In this document: one piece after another, positions 62,901-64,000 of the stretch | How positions within the stretch are numbered: the first letter of the stretch is position 1 | Layout: every line of letters begins with the position of its first letter | DNA from: Ylistrum balloti | Taxonomy: Eukaryota | Direction: 5' to 3' | DNA: 64,000 nt | NCBI RefSeq assembly: GCF_031769215.1 | Contig: NW_026781958.1 | Span: forward strand, 310,001-374,000 | Position numbers and translations under genes: made by a program | The notes under the pieces: model-generated | Database searches by the model: none | Seen by the model: the letters and a program-made list of their open reading frames with translations, nothing else | What the model was told of the DNA's origin: nothing

Positions 62901-64000
62901 CGCTACATAATTGACGTAGATATGAAATTTGAGAAAGCTTCAGTGTACATTACCTTGTGTATTACACAAAGAACAGGTGTAATTATAGCCGCTTTAGGAC
63001 AGACGGATGAATGACGTGGAAGAGAGCTTTGTGCAGTTAGAATATAATAAATCTATCATTGGTATCATTGCTTTGTCTAATTCAATATACTTGTTTCAGA
63101 ATTACTGCAACTAGAAAGGTAATGACTTAGAAACAAGAAATGTTTCAAAGAATGAAAGTGGTACTTAATATAGAACCGATTTATGACACGCTATGACACG
63201 CTAATGATTTGTTTGGCATGTTGTAGACTTACTTGCAATAGTAAAACACACGATAACCAGAAAACCTGCAGAGCGAATCATGGCAGGAAAGTAGGTTCCA
63301 GCCATTCTGTTCTAGAAATAATGTCCGGCAGTACTGATTCGGTGATACTGTCCAACAGGGCGGTAGAACTCAATATATGTGTTGTTATCTGAATGATAAA
63401 GATCGATGTAAACCTGGGTAATGACCTAAGAGTACATTGTTCAACTCAAATCACTCACTCAACTGATGATATATAATAATACGTGCAGCCTAGATTTTGA
63501 TCCCATATACAGCATCTGATATATCATCCACTGAAAATCTTATTTCTCTACGTGTATATATTTCACTTGCAATATCGGACAGGTGACCTATTATTTTCAT
63601 TGTCACATTGGATCACGGTTAGAATCCTTGGATGTTTGGTGAACTGCGAGTCTGCTATCATCTTACTGCTTAGGAGTAACGATCCATCTCCGGGCAATGA
63701 AACTTGTTTCAAATGGTAAACATTTTTGCCCCCAGGGGGTAATGCGAGACCTTTGGTTCTACCATAGCTTGTTCTGGAGAAATAGGTTTTGGAAAAGGAG
63801 TCAATTTTACAACTTTTTGGTCCCAACACCAGTTCTTAAGGATTGGACAGTAACAATGTATGCATTTTATCAAATTTTCGTCATATACTTATAAAATCTA
63901 AACAACTTTGAATGTAGATTTTCTTTATAAACTAAAATAACATTTACTCACTCCTCAAGGGGTTCTCGGGTTAATAAAATTCACACTTTGGTAAAGCACC

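Overview
AT-rich, intron-rich eukaryotic (metazoan) DNA. The repeat families and gene content suggest a bivalve mollusc, which is inference. Five protein-coding loci can be built by hand with consistent splice phases: (1) the first two exons of MED29 (-), continuing off the left edge; (2) an 11-exon, ~434-aa type-I membrane protein (-) with a signal-like stretch, an unnamed ~190-aa Trp-rich domain, EGF, TSP1, a coiled stalk and a TM helix; (3) ALKBH1 (+, 6 exons, 347 aa), which probably has a GC-AG first intron; (4) a 7-exon LIV-1-family ZIP metal transporter (-, 439 aa) with the ZIP8/ZIP14-type EExPHE motif; (5) the large 3' exon of an ependymin-like protein (-). Roughly a third of the window is tandem minisatellite, including a contiguous ~12-kb double array at 38.8-50.8 kb. 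There are also decayed Penelope-like retroelements, a mariner remnant, a hAT-like deletion derivative, MITEs and SINE remnants. Nearly all long ORFs in the supplied track are repeat artefacts. No rRNA, intact tRNA or CRISPR array was found. I did not find a convincingly new multi-gene system; the best leads are the orphan-domain receptor, the fold-back satellite, a SINE-derived satellite, a conserved retroelement 3' structure and an unclassified palindromic element.
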